From Bilabrum cf. latius (Eukaryota): 64,000 bases of DNA. The notes under the pieces were generated by a model, which was not told the origin of the DNA, ran no database searches, and saw only the letters and a program-made list of their open reading frames with translations. The position numbers and the translations under genes were made by a program. Below, piece by piece: positions 25,701-37,567 of the stretch. The number at the start of each line of letters is the position of its first letter. Within the stretch, counting starts at the first letter, position 1. The stretch lies in NCBI GenBank assembly GCA_965178125.1, contig OZ237760.1:310001-374000 (forward strand), in the 5' to 3' direction.

Positions 25701-26378
25701 AGGGTAGAGTCGGCCGAGAGGAAGATGTTGGCGGTTTTAAGGTCGCGGTGCAGCACTTTCCTGGAGTGGCAGTAGTGCATCGCGGAGGCTAGCTCCACAA
25801 GCCAAGTGAGTATGAGCGCCTCGGGCATGGGCACTCCTCGCCTGCCCTTGAGCTTCACCTGCAGGTCGCCCCCCGCCGCAAATTCCGTGACGATGCACAA
25901 CTTGCCGTTCTCTGCGGTAGGGAGCGGGGTGCGGGGGCATGGATCTGGATCTTGCCCAGCAGCAGAGGCGGAGGGTCCGTGCATGGCAGTCAGTGAGGCT
26001 TTGCGAATTTGTACCCAGATACTCGTCTTAAATAGCATAGATTTATCTGCAGCCTCACCTTCAAAGGACTCAAAGTGGTGCACGATGGATGGGTGCTTAT
26101 TCAGACTAGCTAGCAAGATGCTCTCGCCGCGCGCTGCTCGCCTCTCTTCGTGAGACATTCCCGATACATCGATCAGCTTTATGCATACTTTAGTACCAGT
26201 TTTAATGTGTGTGCATAAAACTGCGCTCCCAAAGCTGCCCTTGCCTGCGCATTGGTGGGCGCGAGCAACATCGGAGCAGGTGGCGTTTCGCACGGAAATC
26301 GGTACAATGGTTCTCAGAAACGCGTCCCGAATGCGCTTGCAGCTCACCAAGCAGTTTTTCCTGACGGTACCGTTGCAT
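22733..26378 (-). CDS. NIMA-related kinase (NEK1-like) with long disordered middle and conserved C-terminal helical motif
   Basis: MQRYRQEKLL|GKGSFG, HRDLKTANIFL, GDFG, GTPYYLSPE; two 5' introns. Six TAGs join the kinase to C-terminal RIEALRQFLQDNLG...LVD*LVVLEE; TGA at 22733. Confidence 0.9.
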
Positions 26379-26567
26379 TGAGCCTCGGTATTTTTACAGC
26401 GATACCTATTCGTCTCCAGAGTAGATGCGAGTGCGCGTAGTTGCAGTTGCTCCAAGCTCGAGCAGCTTTGTGCCTCACGACGCTATGAACGACCGGAGCT
26501 GGTATTTCCCAAACGGCCTGACTGAACACATTCATAGAAGCTACAACTAAACACTATTTGCAACTCA

Positions 26568-29500
26568 TCAATCCTCATGATCCCCGCCCCCTTCTTCATC
26601 GACCTCCTGCACGTCGTCCAGCGGCTAGTTGGGCCGCTCCTCGGTCTGCAGAGTGCCCGGACGATCCCCACTTGCACCAGACACCTTACCTCCGGTATGA
26701 TCCACCGCCCCTCCTATCTGGCCCAATGCACCCGCCGCATCCTCAGGAGCACCCAAACCCACAGCTCCAGCTCCAGCACCCGCCCCTAGATCCTCGCTGC
26801 TCTGCATGCCGCCCGCCAGCCTGGGTGAGGGCACCTCGTCCAACTCACGGATCCTGTCCCCCACATCATCGCCGCTGCGGCTGTCCCCCGGGTCAGACTC
26901 GAGCGACACGTGACCCGTATGTATGTCAAACTCGGAGCTAGAACAGCTACCTCCGCTGCCTGGACTCTGACCACCACCACCTCTGCCTGTACCTGTACCG
27001 CGATGGGGATGACGATGAGGCCGGTCCCTGTGCCTGCCACCTCTCCGGCGCCTTCGCGGGTCATTCCGCGTCCCCTCGCCCCGCGGGCTCCCACCACCAC
27101 TTTGACCACCCCCATCCACAACCCCTCGCTGTTCCCTGAGGTCCCTTAGGCTCGCCAACAGCGGGTTCTGGCGGGCCCACAGCTCTGGGATCGCCATGAC
27201 CCCCTGCATCAGGATGGACCCGGAGCGGTTACTGCGACGCCGTGACCCAGACGACGCCGAGTGGCGCCGCGGGGACTCGGAGCCCAAACCCTGGTCCGAG
27301 TTGTATCCCTGGCCGGTGTCCCGGCTGCCCCCTTCCCGCCCCGAGTACATGGAATCGACGGCGGTCGACCTGTCCCCGGTGCTCCCGGCCTCTCCCCCTC
27401 CGCGATACCTCTTCCCGCCGTCCTCGTCGACCGAGCTGCCACTTCTGCTACCACCACCGTCAGAATTCGTCCTGCCACTTTGGCCACCCATGGTGTCGCC
27501 TGTCCTCGTGGAGTCGGCCCCGATCGATTCACCCCGTGACCGCGACGCCAGCCGCCTCCTTATTCCCTCGCGAGAGCCCGGTGATGCTGGTTGAGATGGA
27601 ACCGCATGCGCACCGGAATCGTGAGACCCGCGGGAGCTACCGTGGGTGGTAGCAGTCCCAGATTCCACAACCGTGGGCTGGGTGCTTCGCAGCCGACTCG
27701 GCTTCCAACCCGCTCGTGGCCGAAGCGCGGCGCCGCTCAGAGACACGGATCGGTTCCGTCCCCTCGGCAGGGCAGACAACAATGCAGCTTGGTGCTGCAG
27801 TGCAGGCGGTCGTGGCGGGGGCGGCGCTGGATCGGCGAGATCCTCCACATCTACCGCATGTGGCGGTTGCCGGGCCACTGGCGTGCCTGGTGCGGCAGCT
27901 AGAGCAGGCGCTGGCTCAGAACCGCCGGCTTCCGGAAGCTTGGGTTGATCCGACTGTGCCGCGTTCCGTTCACTCGTTGAATTCGAGTACGTTTCCGCTT
28001 GCTCATTTACCGGGACAGGCTGCTCCTTCGCCGCCGTACCGCCGCTGCTGCCTGCTGTCGGTGGCGGTGATGATGCGGCAGGTTCGGGTGCATGAGCAGC
28101 GTTGTGCCTGACCGCATCCTTATGGCTTGCCACCGATGCGTTGCGCTCGTTGGGCAACTCAGAACCGCTGTGATCCCGGCTAGATGCATGACCTCCACCG
28201 CTGGCATCTGCGGAGCCTCGTGGTGCTGCCTGCCGCTTGATCCTGTGCGCCGACTCGCCTGCCGAACTGCCTTGTGTCCCTGGTGGCGGCTGCTGCAACC
28301 CCCTCACTCTTCGCTTAGATGTGCTGGTGCCAGTGGCAGATGATCCATGACCACCCTCCATGCTGCCTATCCCGGCCGATGCAATGACTGCCTCCAGCTC
28401 CTTCACTCGGCTAAGAAGCCCTTGCACGTACGTCTTGTATGCAGCCGCCACGAAACGGGCAGCCAATGAGGCAACCTAGTGGGTCTGCACTCGACTGGCA
28501 TCCGGGTGCGTGGTGGGCTGCGTGCCATCGCTCGGCACCCGCCGAGGGTAGGTATCTCCATAGTCAGACTCAAGTCGCTCTGCCGAGGCATCGCTGAAGG
28601 GCCGCAGGATACCGCCCTCTGCTGTGCTGCCCTGCGGAGTGTCGACTGGGGGCAGCCCAGGGTCCGATATGGCAGGCACGAGCGGAAGCGGTCGTAGTTT
28701 CTGGTCAAAGCCGGTACCCTGGCTTGTTCCCTGCGACGAAGGCGCGCCAGAGGCAGTGCCGTCTGCCTATCCATCCTTTCCCTTGCTAGATCCGCCCTCG
28801 CTGTCTGTCGCTCGGGTGCCTCGCTGCTGATGCTGATGCTGATGCTGAGGCTGAGGCTGCTCTGCGATTCCGACAGCGTCACGTGCCACGCACGTTTCAT
28901 TGCGGCTGGATGCACTCCCTGACTGCTGCTCTGTTGCTCGCAAACGAGACCGCCTTGCGGAACCGTCGTCGCTGCCAGACTCCCTCCTTGTCCCTTCCAG
29001 CACCGTGCGGACGTGCTGCGCCGCCATGGCAGCGACCAGTGATTCATCGGGAGGTTCGGGGACAGTGACGGCGCGGTACTGCACGCGGTGTGACGAGCCC
29101 GACAGCCGTTCCCTGGAGCTGCGTCGCTGTGACGAGTTGAGTGTGGACGACCCGGCTGCGGCTGCCGCACCGGCAATGGCAGACGCTAACATGGCCTGCT
29201 GGGTCGCCTGCTGCATCGCCTGTCCAACACCGACACTCCCGCTTGGCGATTTTCCGAACAGACCTTCGCTGCCCAGCACGAGTGATCCCGGCCTTACCTG
29301 AGTTGAGGCCCTACGTCTGCCTGCAGCTGCCGCGGCAGTACCAGGTAGCCGCGCGCTGTATTTGCGGCTTCCGAGCAGGCCCTGGCTGTGTCTCGGCAAC
29401 GCCTCATCGTGGGCAGCAGAAGGGGCCATGGCACGCGACACGCTGGGAGGGGGCATCCAGCTTCCCGCCAGTGGTCCGAATCTCGCGCTTGCTCTGGTGG

Positions 29501-32500
29501 TCGTGCTGCTCGCGTGTGACGCGACGGAGCCGTGCCTCGGGTGGCGCTGCTGCTCCGAGTCGCCGGCGCCCGCCGAGTCTCTGAGGTTGCCACCGCGATG
29601 GGATCGCCGCGCCGGCATCGTGCCTTGCCTCCGGAACGGCGGGGGTGCTTGCAGCGGGCTGCGAGACGGGGGCCGTCCCGCGTCCACAGAGCCCCTTCCC
29701 CGGCGGCGATGCCGAACGTCACGGCGGCTGTTTGCCCGGGCCAGCTCGCCGTGACTTCCGCCGGCCTGCACCAAATGATCTTCCAGATCTGCTATGCCGG
29801 TCACCTGCTTGGTATCCGCGTTCTCGGAGGCGTCAGCGGTCGCCAAAGCCGGTGCACCCTCCACCGTTGCACTGTCGTCCTCGTCTTTCTGAGATTCAGC
29901 GGAGGTCGTCTCGACGTCTTCTTTCTTTCCTTCGATCGATTCGGCGGCGGTTCTGTCAGGCCCGTCTTTGCTCTCGCTTGCGCTTCCGGGCGCACCGGCA
30001 TCTGGCGCTAGCCTTGGGACATCGTCTTGGCTGGGTGGAGCACCTACGCCTTCCAATACGGATGCAATCTGTTTCTCATCCAAGACCTCCGGCCCAGCAG
30101 CTGCAAACGGTCGCCTGGCACCACCAGATAGAGATGACGGATCGCCGGTGCCATCGACAACATCGCTCCCGGCTCCCCTGCCTCCCGCCTGTTGCCCGCT
30201 GCGGGCCGACCTGGTACCACTGGATCCGGATCTATGCAGGGCCAGCTTGCTGCCCATCGGAGTCTCCCTGGCCCCTCCGCTCGACGAGCCGGTGCGGTGG
30301 GCGGACCTGTGCCGCCTCGATGGCTGCCTAGCCACGCGACCTCGTCTCGAGGAGGACCTGCTCTTGCGAGAGACCGGCTGGCTGTGCAGCCGCTGGGTCC
30401 GCTTGCGCCTGCGGACTACAGCTGCGATGCTCTGCAGCACCACGGCTCTCATCTTGGGGAAGAGCTGCAAGCACTGCAGCAGATCGACGTAGGACAAGGC
30501 CCTTAGGTCGCAATAGCTGGCAGCCACGGCGCTCTGCTTCCTGTAGCAGCGCTCGGGCGGTTCAAGCAACGGAGCCTCGCCGAAGAACGGGTCCTCCAGT
30601 TCGGAGCGAACCTTCAGTAGGACCCTGCCGTATCTCTGAAACGCGCGTGTCTGGGTGGGTGCGTGCCCGGAAGGTGTTCGTGGCCGTGCCTGGCGGCGCA
30701 CTCCCGGTCCATCTCGGTGCGGTGCTCCATAATTGCCGCCCCCGCCGCCACTGTCGCCCCCACTTGCGCTTTGGCCGTGGTAGGCTTCAACACCGACAGC
30801 CGGTACTGCTGTGGCAGGCGACGATAGATCCGTGGGTGGCCTGGAAGACGCAGGAGGTGCACTCCGGGGCACTTTGCTCCGGGTGTGAGGTCCAGTCGGT
30901 GTCTGTGAGGACTGCGCTTGCGCTGCAGGCTTGCCGTCAGAGTAGGCTGGGCTGGCAGCGGGTGCATGAATCAGCCGCACCCCGTCACCACCGCCACCGG
31001 CGTCCTCCTCTTCCTTTACTTCCTGGGTTTGCACACCCTCTTTGCCCTCTACGCCTCCTGTCGCGGTACTCGTCGCACTACTGCCTGCCCTCAGCATCAC
31101 AGGCGACTTCATGGCCTGCAAATCGGCGGCTTCGGCGTACCCACTAGCGCCCCCCTGTCCCGCTGTGAACGATATGGCAGTGGTGAGCGGCCGCACTGCC
31201 GCGCGCGCGTCGGCGTCACTCGACGCCTCTCCGCTGGAGCCGTGCCACACGGAATGCGTGCTTGCCCTCTTCCTCCGCCCGTCACCAGCTGCTGCTGAGC
31301 CGTACGGGAGGGGCGAACTACCATCTCCCCGGGATCCGTTCCGGCTGCTGCTACCATCGCGCCCACGGCTGTTCGACCCCCTCGAGGACGACGAGGACGA
31401 TGACTTCTTGCACAGCGCCACCTGGCCTTTCACCACGATCCACAGGCGGTCAGCGGCGTCGCCCTCCTTCGCGATCGCCTCCCCGGGGGCGTAGAACTCC
31501 GCCGACATGGAGAGCAGCAGCTCCGTCGCGAACCTCGGCGTGGCGTCCATGAAAAAGGAAACCCTCCGAATGATGTCTTTGTTCACCATGAGCACCAGTT
31601 TAGTGCGAAGGGACGGGCTCAGCTCCATCATGAGCCGCCTTTCCTCTGCCAGCAGGTCCAGCCACTGCTGCTCGCCCGATTTCTCGAAGAAGAACTGCCG
31701 AACCTCTGCCTTGAGCCTGGGTGGCAGCCCCCTCAGCGCGAGGTACTTGTTCAAGCGATCGATCCTCTCCCTGAACTGCACCCTTTCCGTGTCCATGCTC
31801 TGGAAGATCACCAGGACGCTGGTGAGGCCGAATGAGAACATCCCAGTGCCGATGATCATGCCGATGCAGGCCACGACCCTCTCTCCGGAAGATTCCGCGG
31901 AAATGTCCCCGAAACCAGTGGTGGTCGCAAGGGTGAGACTGAGGTAGAGGCTGTGCACGTACTGGTCCGATAGGGTGGCCCCTCCCTCCGAGAGGGGCAC
32001 CCCCACGAGATTGTTGATCTCGACCCAGCTGTCCCTCCCGTCCCTGTACTCTTGCACGCCGACGTAGAAAAAGAGGCAGGCGATCCAGTGGGAGACCAGC
32101 AGCACGCTCACGAGGTACTTGAGGACGGCCGAAACGCTGTGTCGGAGCAAAAGGCCTCGCTCCCAGCGGGCAAACACCTAGAATAGGCGGACCAACCTAG
32201 TCAGCTTGATGAGCTTGAACACCTGTCCGATCGTGAACGACTCTGCCAGCACGGGCTGGCCCCAGCCCGGTACTTGGTCGTTGAATGCTATCATCATTAT
32301 GATTTCGTATGGGATGGAAGACACCAGATCGAGGGTAAACCAGCCCGTCAGATACTCCCAGACGATCGACTGCCGGTGAAGAGACACTCGCCCGGTCGTG
32401 CTGACTGTGCCCGTGAAGAAGTTTAAGGCCAAGTCGGCAATAAGAAACGTGTCAATTAAACGGTCAAATACGAAGAAACTGCGAGGGGTAAGACGCGTAT

Positions 32501-32938
32501 GGAAATGTGTGGTTGCACATCGAGACGTGTCACATGCAGCTAATGGCTGGGCCACATCGGTACCTCTCACGAGTCGAGTCGATCCACGACCTCAAAGCCA
32601 AGCCTAAGACTAATTGAACATGCGTTGTAGAGCAGCAGCAAAATAAGCACTATGTCCCAGCGCATGCGTACGGTCTGAAAAGGGTGTACTACACATGCAG
32701 CCGGAGCAGCGTCCGACTCCTGATCGTCCTGCCCCTCAGGCTTTGTGGCATTGTATTGTGCAGATTCCAAGTAAGCGAATACGCTCGCTACGTCCTTCTT
32801 GGAACCTATGCGAGACATGGAGCCCCGGTGGTTCTTAGCCCGCGGAGAATCCGCGCCGTCGTCGCTCGAATCGTGCTCAATTGTGCGCTAGGAGCGCGCC
32901 AGCAGTAAAGCCTAGGAACCCCTTCTACTATCGCTCAT
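26568..32938 (-). CDS. Voltage-gated cation channel with cyclic-nucleotide-binding domain (KCNH/HCN-like), ~2,000 aa
   Basis: HPFQTVRMRWD, YLTGWFTLDLVSSIP, S4 KLIKLTRLVRLF, pore TTTGFGD, C-linker, FFGE...YCDL. One intron near 32480-32568; TAGs at 32178, 28767, 28476, 26625 and two near the start; TGA stop. Confidence 0.88.
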
Positions 32939-33128
32939 GTATTTATTTTGTAGTATAATTCGTTGCGTTTGATTTGATCTTCCACTATTTGGACTCAAGC
33001 GGTCGCAACCACGAACCCGGAACCTTTACACTCCGAGACTGAGTCGTTTGGTCGCACACGTTCTGGGGCAGAACGACCCGAGCCCCTGGGCGGATGATCG
33101 AAACTCATGCAAAATTACGCAGGCGCGC

Positions 33129-35150
33129 TCAATAATCAAACTGCGAGGCCCACCTGGCCTCATGGTCCTCGATGGAATCGTCGGTAGGCACTGGTCCGAA
33201 CGGCGCCCAGTCGTCTCCCTTCTTGCCGTCGAAAGGAGATGAGCCTTTGCCGACGCCTTCCGAACCACCGGCGGAATCCACCCTAGAGCTCTCTCGCAGG
33301 TTCTAAGGGTCGAAGGAAGGATACGTGACGTCTGTGCGCCCGTAGTACACAGGCTGCCGCTGACCGCGGCCAGTCACGAACTGCCTAGAGCCCTCAATGT
33401 ACGGGTCGCTAAAGAAAGAAAAGTACTGCTTGCCCGTCTGCAGAAGCGTCTGCGCGAGTGCCAGCGCATTCTGTCCGTCTTTGGATGCTGCTTCAAGCCC
33501 CGACCGACCCCCCACCACGGTCAGATTTGCCGGGTACGCCTGCGCTCCCCCGGGGTAGGCAGGTACGCCCGCACCGGACAGGACGGGCAAGGCCGTCGGC
33601 AGCATGTTTGTTGTTTCGTTCGGGTCGTTCTTGAGGTCGAACAGCTCGTCGTAGCTGTTTTCCCTGTGGATCAGCTTGTACCCGCCCCCTCGGATCGCAC
33701 GCATCTCGCCGTATTCGTGGAATGTAAGCGAGTCTTCCGCGTCCAAGCCTAGCACGAGCAACTCGGAGTCGGAATCGGTCAGCGGCGCATTCTGCGATGA
33801 GGAAGACGCGCGGGAGGAATGCCTGAGCAGGCCACCGCCCGACACCGAGCGACTCTTCCTGATCCGATCCTTGATCCGATCCGCCTCCCCTGGGGAGAGC
33901 AGCAGCGAGCTGTAGTCCCGTCCCGCCACGTTGTCCTTCTTGGGGAACGACAGGCCGACGTATCCCAGCAGCGTGGTGGCAAAATCGACCACCATGACGG
34001 GTTCCTGCCTGGTGACGCCGCCCGCTATCGAGCCCGGGTGCATGATCATCAGCGGGATCTTTAGTGCGGTGTCGAAGGCGTTCAAGGGCCAGAAGCTGTT
34101 GCCCTTGCCCACGACCCCGTGGTGCGTGAGCGAAAAACCATGGTCCGACGCGAACGTGACCACCGTGTCATTTTCGATTCCGAGTGATCGGATCGAGTCG
34201 AGCACGGTGCCGATCGCGGTGTCCATCGCCTCGGTGGCGGCGTAGTACCCCGCCCAGCACTGCCTGTCGGTGAGACAGCCTTCCGTGAGCCCGCTCGTGT
34301 GGTAGGCGTAAGGGTACTCCTTCAGCCGAGGCAGGTCTCGGAACGTCGCGTTAAGGTACTTGTCGCAGAGGCCCTTGGGGTGCATCGAGTCGCACCGTCC
34401 GTCGGGGCCCGTGTAGGGGGAGTGCGGGGAGGTGAAGTGGAGGAGGTGCAGCCACGGTGTAGAGGGGTCCTTGGCGTTGTATCCTCTGATCGCGGAGATG
34501 GCGTCTTCTGCGAGCACGTCTGTGATGTACACATCGTGCAGAGTGTCGCACGTTCCGTTGATCACCAGCGGGGGGTCTCTGTAGCTCCCGCCTCCAGATT
34601 GGTGCACGAACCAGTGGTCTTCGAATCCGTGCTGGTTTGTCTCATTCTGGGCGCCAGTGTGGAGCTTGCCACTGATACCGCAAAAGTAGCCAGCTTTTTT
34701 GAATTCGTCGGAGTACCAGGCTTCTTGCGAGGTGGGCATGTACTGTATAGCAGGCTAGTTGTTGCACCCGTTGCCACCCGAGATCCAGTCCTCCACGCCG
34801 TGCTGGGTTGGGAGCCTCCCCGTCAGGTAGCTAGCGCGAGACGCGCTGCACACAGGGGTATTGCAAACCGCGTTTGTGAACCGATGTCCGTTCGCCGCAA
34901 TGCTGTCCAGCACTGGAGTCGTTAGCTCAGAGTTACCGTACGCCGACGTCGCCCACTGTCCCATGTCATCTGCGCGTATTGGTGCGGCAATGGCAGGGGA
35001 GGTAATAATATACGGTACCTGAAACACGTAGCTATTCCACACTGCTGACGCTTAACACTTACCGGCTAGAATCACGAGTACGTTTGGCTTCTTGCCGGCC
35101 GTTGCACGGTTCGCAACAGCCAGCAGCAATGCTGCCATCATGGACCGCAT
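33129..35150 (-). CDS. Secreted formylglycine-dependent sulfatase
   Basis: Signal peptide, KPNVLVILA|DDMG, CSASRASYLTGR, GKLH, SDHG, GK, ELFDLKNDPNETTN. TAG at 34755 and 33303; TGA at 33129. Confidence 0.9.
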
Positions 35151-35328
35151 CACTATTGCACGCAGATTTCAAACACAAGAGCTACTATGCTAGGCAAAAG
35201 ACCAGCGCCCAGTAAGCTATGGACAAGTTCGAGTACAAAGCAGTAGATATCTACGGCGAGCATGGCGGTAGTTGCAACCGCCCCTCGCGTGGCACTCTAA
35301 ACTAGCTTCTGTTGAAACATCGCTCAGT

Positions 35329-36819
35329 TCAAGACTGACCAGCCTTGACTTCGCCGTCCCTCCAGCTGCTCGCAGCAGAAGCCGCCTCCTTGGACCCAGC
35401 GGCCGTGAACCCCTGCTGCTTCTTGCCCCCAGCGCCACCCACACCCCCGCTCGTGCCAGCGGCTGCTCTGCCCTTCTGCTTCTTGCCAGACCAGTGAGAT
35501 CCAACCATCCCACTCTTTGGCAAATGCCCCTTGCTGTCGCCTACCCCATCCTGGGGTCCCAACCCCGGGGGCGGGCCCCTGACCCCACCCCCATTCGATG
35601 ACGATGACGATGACGACCCCTCCCAGTGCGGAACCTAGAATCCGCGGCGCCGGATCTCACCCTCCAGCGCCCGAACCCGAGACATGGCCCGCGACAGGTC
35701 ACCCGCGGCGGCACCCAGTTGTTCCCCAAGCTCCCTGGAATTCTCCCTTTCCTTCTCAAGCAACTCAGCAAGCTCTGCTCTAGGCCGGAGCTCGGCTTCG
35801 CGCAGCCGCGCGCGCAGAACGTTCCTGTCCTGCCTAAAGCTCGCCCCCTCGGCCCGCGCCTGTTCCAGCGCCGCCTCTTTGTCCACAAGCAGCCTCGTCA
35901 GGCGGGCCACGCCCGCAGCATCCAGGCCGCCCTCTTCCGGTTTGGGGGCTGGCAAGCCGGCGCCCGGGTTCCGCACGGGAAGCATCACCGGCGCCGCGGC
36001 GCCGACTGCGGAACCATTAGAACGCGCGGCGCCTCCGGACAGCGCCGTGCTCAGCCTGTCGGCGATGAGCGCCCTCTGCACCTCTGCCTCGATCGATGCG
36101 AGCGACGACGCAACCCCCGCCCCACGACCACCGCGCAGCCCCTCCACGCTCGTCACACCGGTTGAACCAGAGGGTCCATGCCCAAAGAGCCCCGGCGGCG
36201 CGGCCGCGGCTCGCAGGTGCGGGCTAGTCTCAGCCTTGCTCTTCGGCAGCAGCCCGCCCAGCAGGGAGGCTCCCTGCCCCTCCTCGCCGACATGGATTCG
36301 CTCCGATCCCGGGATTGTGGCACTTGGTGCGGTGGCTGGACCAGACCCTGATGTGCCGCGCTTGCGGCCTTTCTTGCCTTTGCGTTTGCTGCCTCCCGTT
36401 CCCGCAGTGCCAGCAACAGGCACGGGTTTTCCAGGCTGAGGCAGTTTCTGGTCGCTATGCATGCTCTGCTACAGAGCAGCCCGAAGATCTGATTCAAACT
36501 ATTCAGCAGCCATCTATTCGGCGCGTAGCTGCTGCTTGGACTGGCTGCTGCTGCCTGCCTCTCCCGCAGGAACGCCGTCAGAATCAAGTTTGGGCGTAGC
36601 TTCAACCGCCCCAGCGGAAATATCCGAACTGACTTGTCGCTTCTTAGATCGCTTGCCAGTTTTCTTCGGAGGACCTGTCGTAGCGACGTTCTTGAGAGAG
36701 TTCTTTGCAGAATGTCGCTGTCGCTGTCGCTTCTTCTTTTCGATACGCGAAACTTCCTGGCGAATCTCTGCATCTTCCTCCTCAGAGTCAGATAGTGCAA
36801 GCATTTTCCTGCCAGACAT
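35329..36819 (-). CDS. Hypothetical coiled-coil protein with UIM-like segment
   Basis: MSGRKMLALSDSEEED...; E*FESDLRAAL*QS; heptad-rich region; four TAGs join three same-frame ORFs; TGA stop. Confidence 0.6.
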
Positions 36820-37323
36820 GTTGAACGGTTCGTTCGTGCCTTTAACCGAGTTCTGTGTGGCATAGAAGGCACCTGGTGGCGGAAGGGGCAACTGGCGGGA
36901 TGTGATGAGTGCATCACAAGCAGGGACAGACAGACTGCACTGCACTCAGCTGGAAAGCTGGCAGTTGTTGACAGTGCACGTATCCTCCCATTCTGGCAGC
37001 ACGAGACTTCTACACGCGGCCATTCTTGTCAATAGCATCACACATTGTCTGGCACCCCCTGCTCCCCCTCGCCCCCACATTGAACATAGATCGGGCCACC
37101 GCCCACAGCATCCAGGATGGAACCGCTCTGCTGCTCGTCCGACCAGTCCCAAGGCCGAGCACCGCCAGGAATGGGCAGAGCACCGCCCGTCTCAGGAGAA
37201 CTCAAGACCGCTGCATACAGCGGTACGAAGGCGCGAGTGTATGGCACGTGCGGCCGTGCTCTGCTCGGCAGTGATCGCTGCGGGAAAGCGCGCGTTTCTT
37301 TGTGAGTAAAGCTGGCCGTGCAC

Positions 37324-37555
37324 GCCTGTTGCAGCAGCTGTTCCGGTTCCGTCTCCAGTTGGCGCCGCAGCGGAACCATGGGCCGGCGGGCGGCGGCAGT
37401 ACCTGAGCCAAACTTTTCGGCTCGGGGACGGGACAACTCCACCCAAGCCGACTATTTTTGTATTTGAACTGGGTTTGCCGCGATTTCAGCGATCACAGGG
37501 GCTGCGCTCCCCCCTCAGGGGGGGCTGAACGAGACAAAACGCTTGGTGCAGAATT
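37324..37555 (+). repeat. ~232-bp direct repeat, copy 1 (immediately upstream of NTPase-nuclease gene copy 1)
   Basis: GCCTGTTGCAGCAG...GGTGCAGAATT, near-identical to 41718-41950. Confidence 0.95.
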
Positions 37556-37567
37556 GTCTGTTCAACA

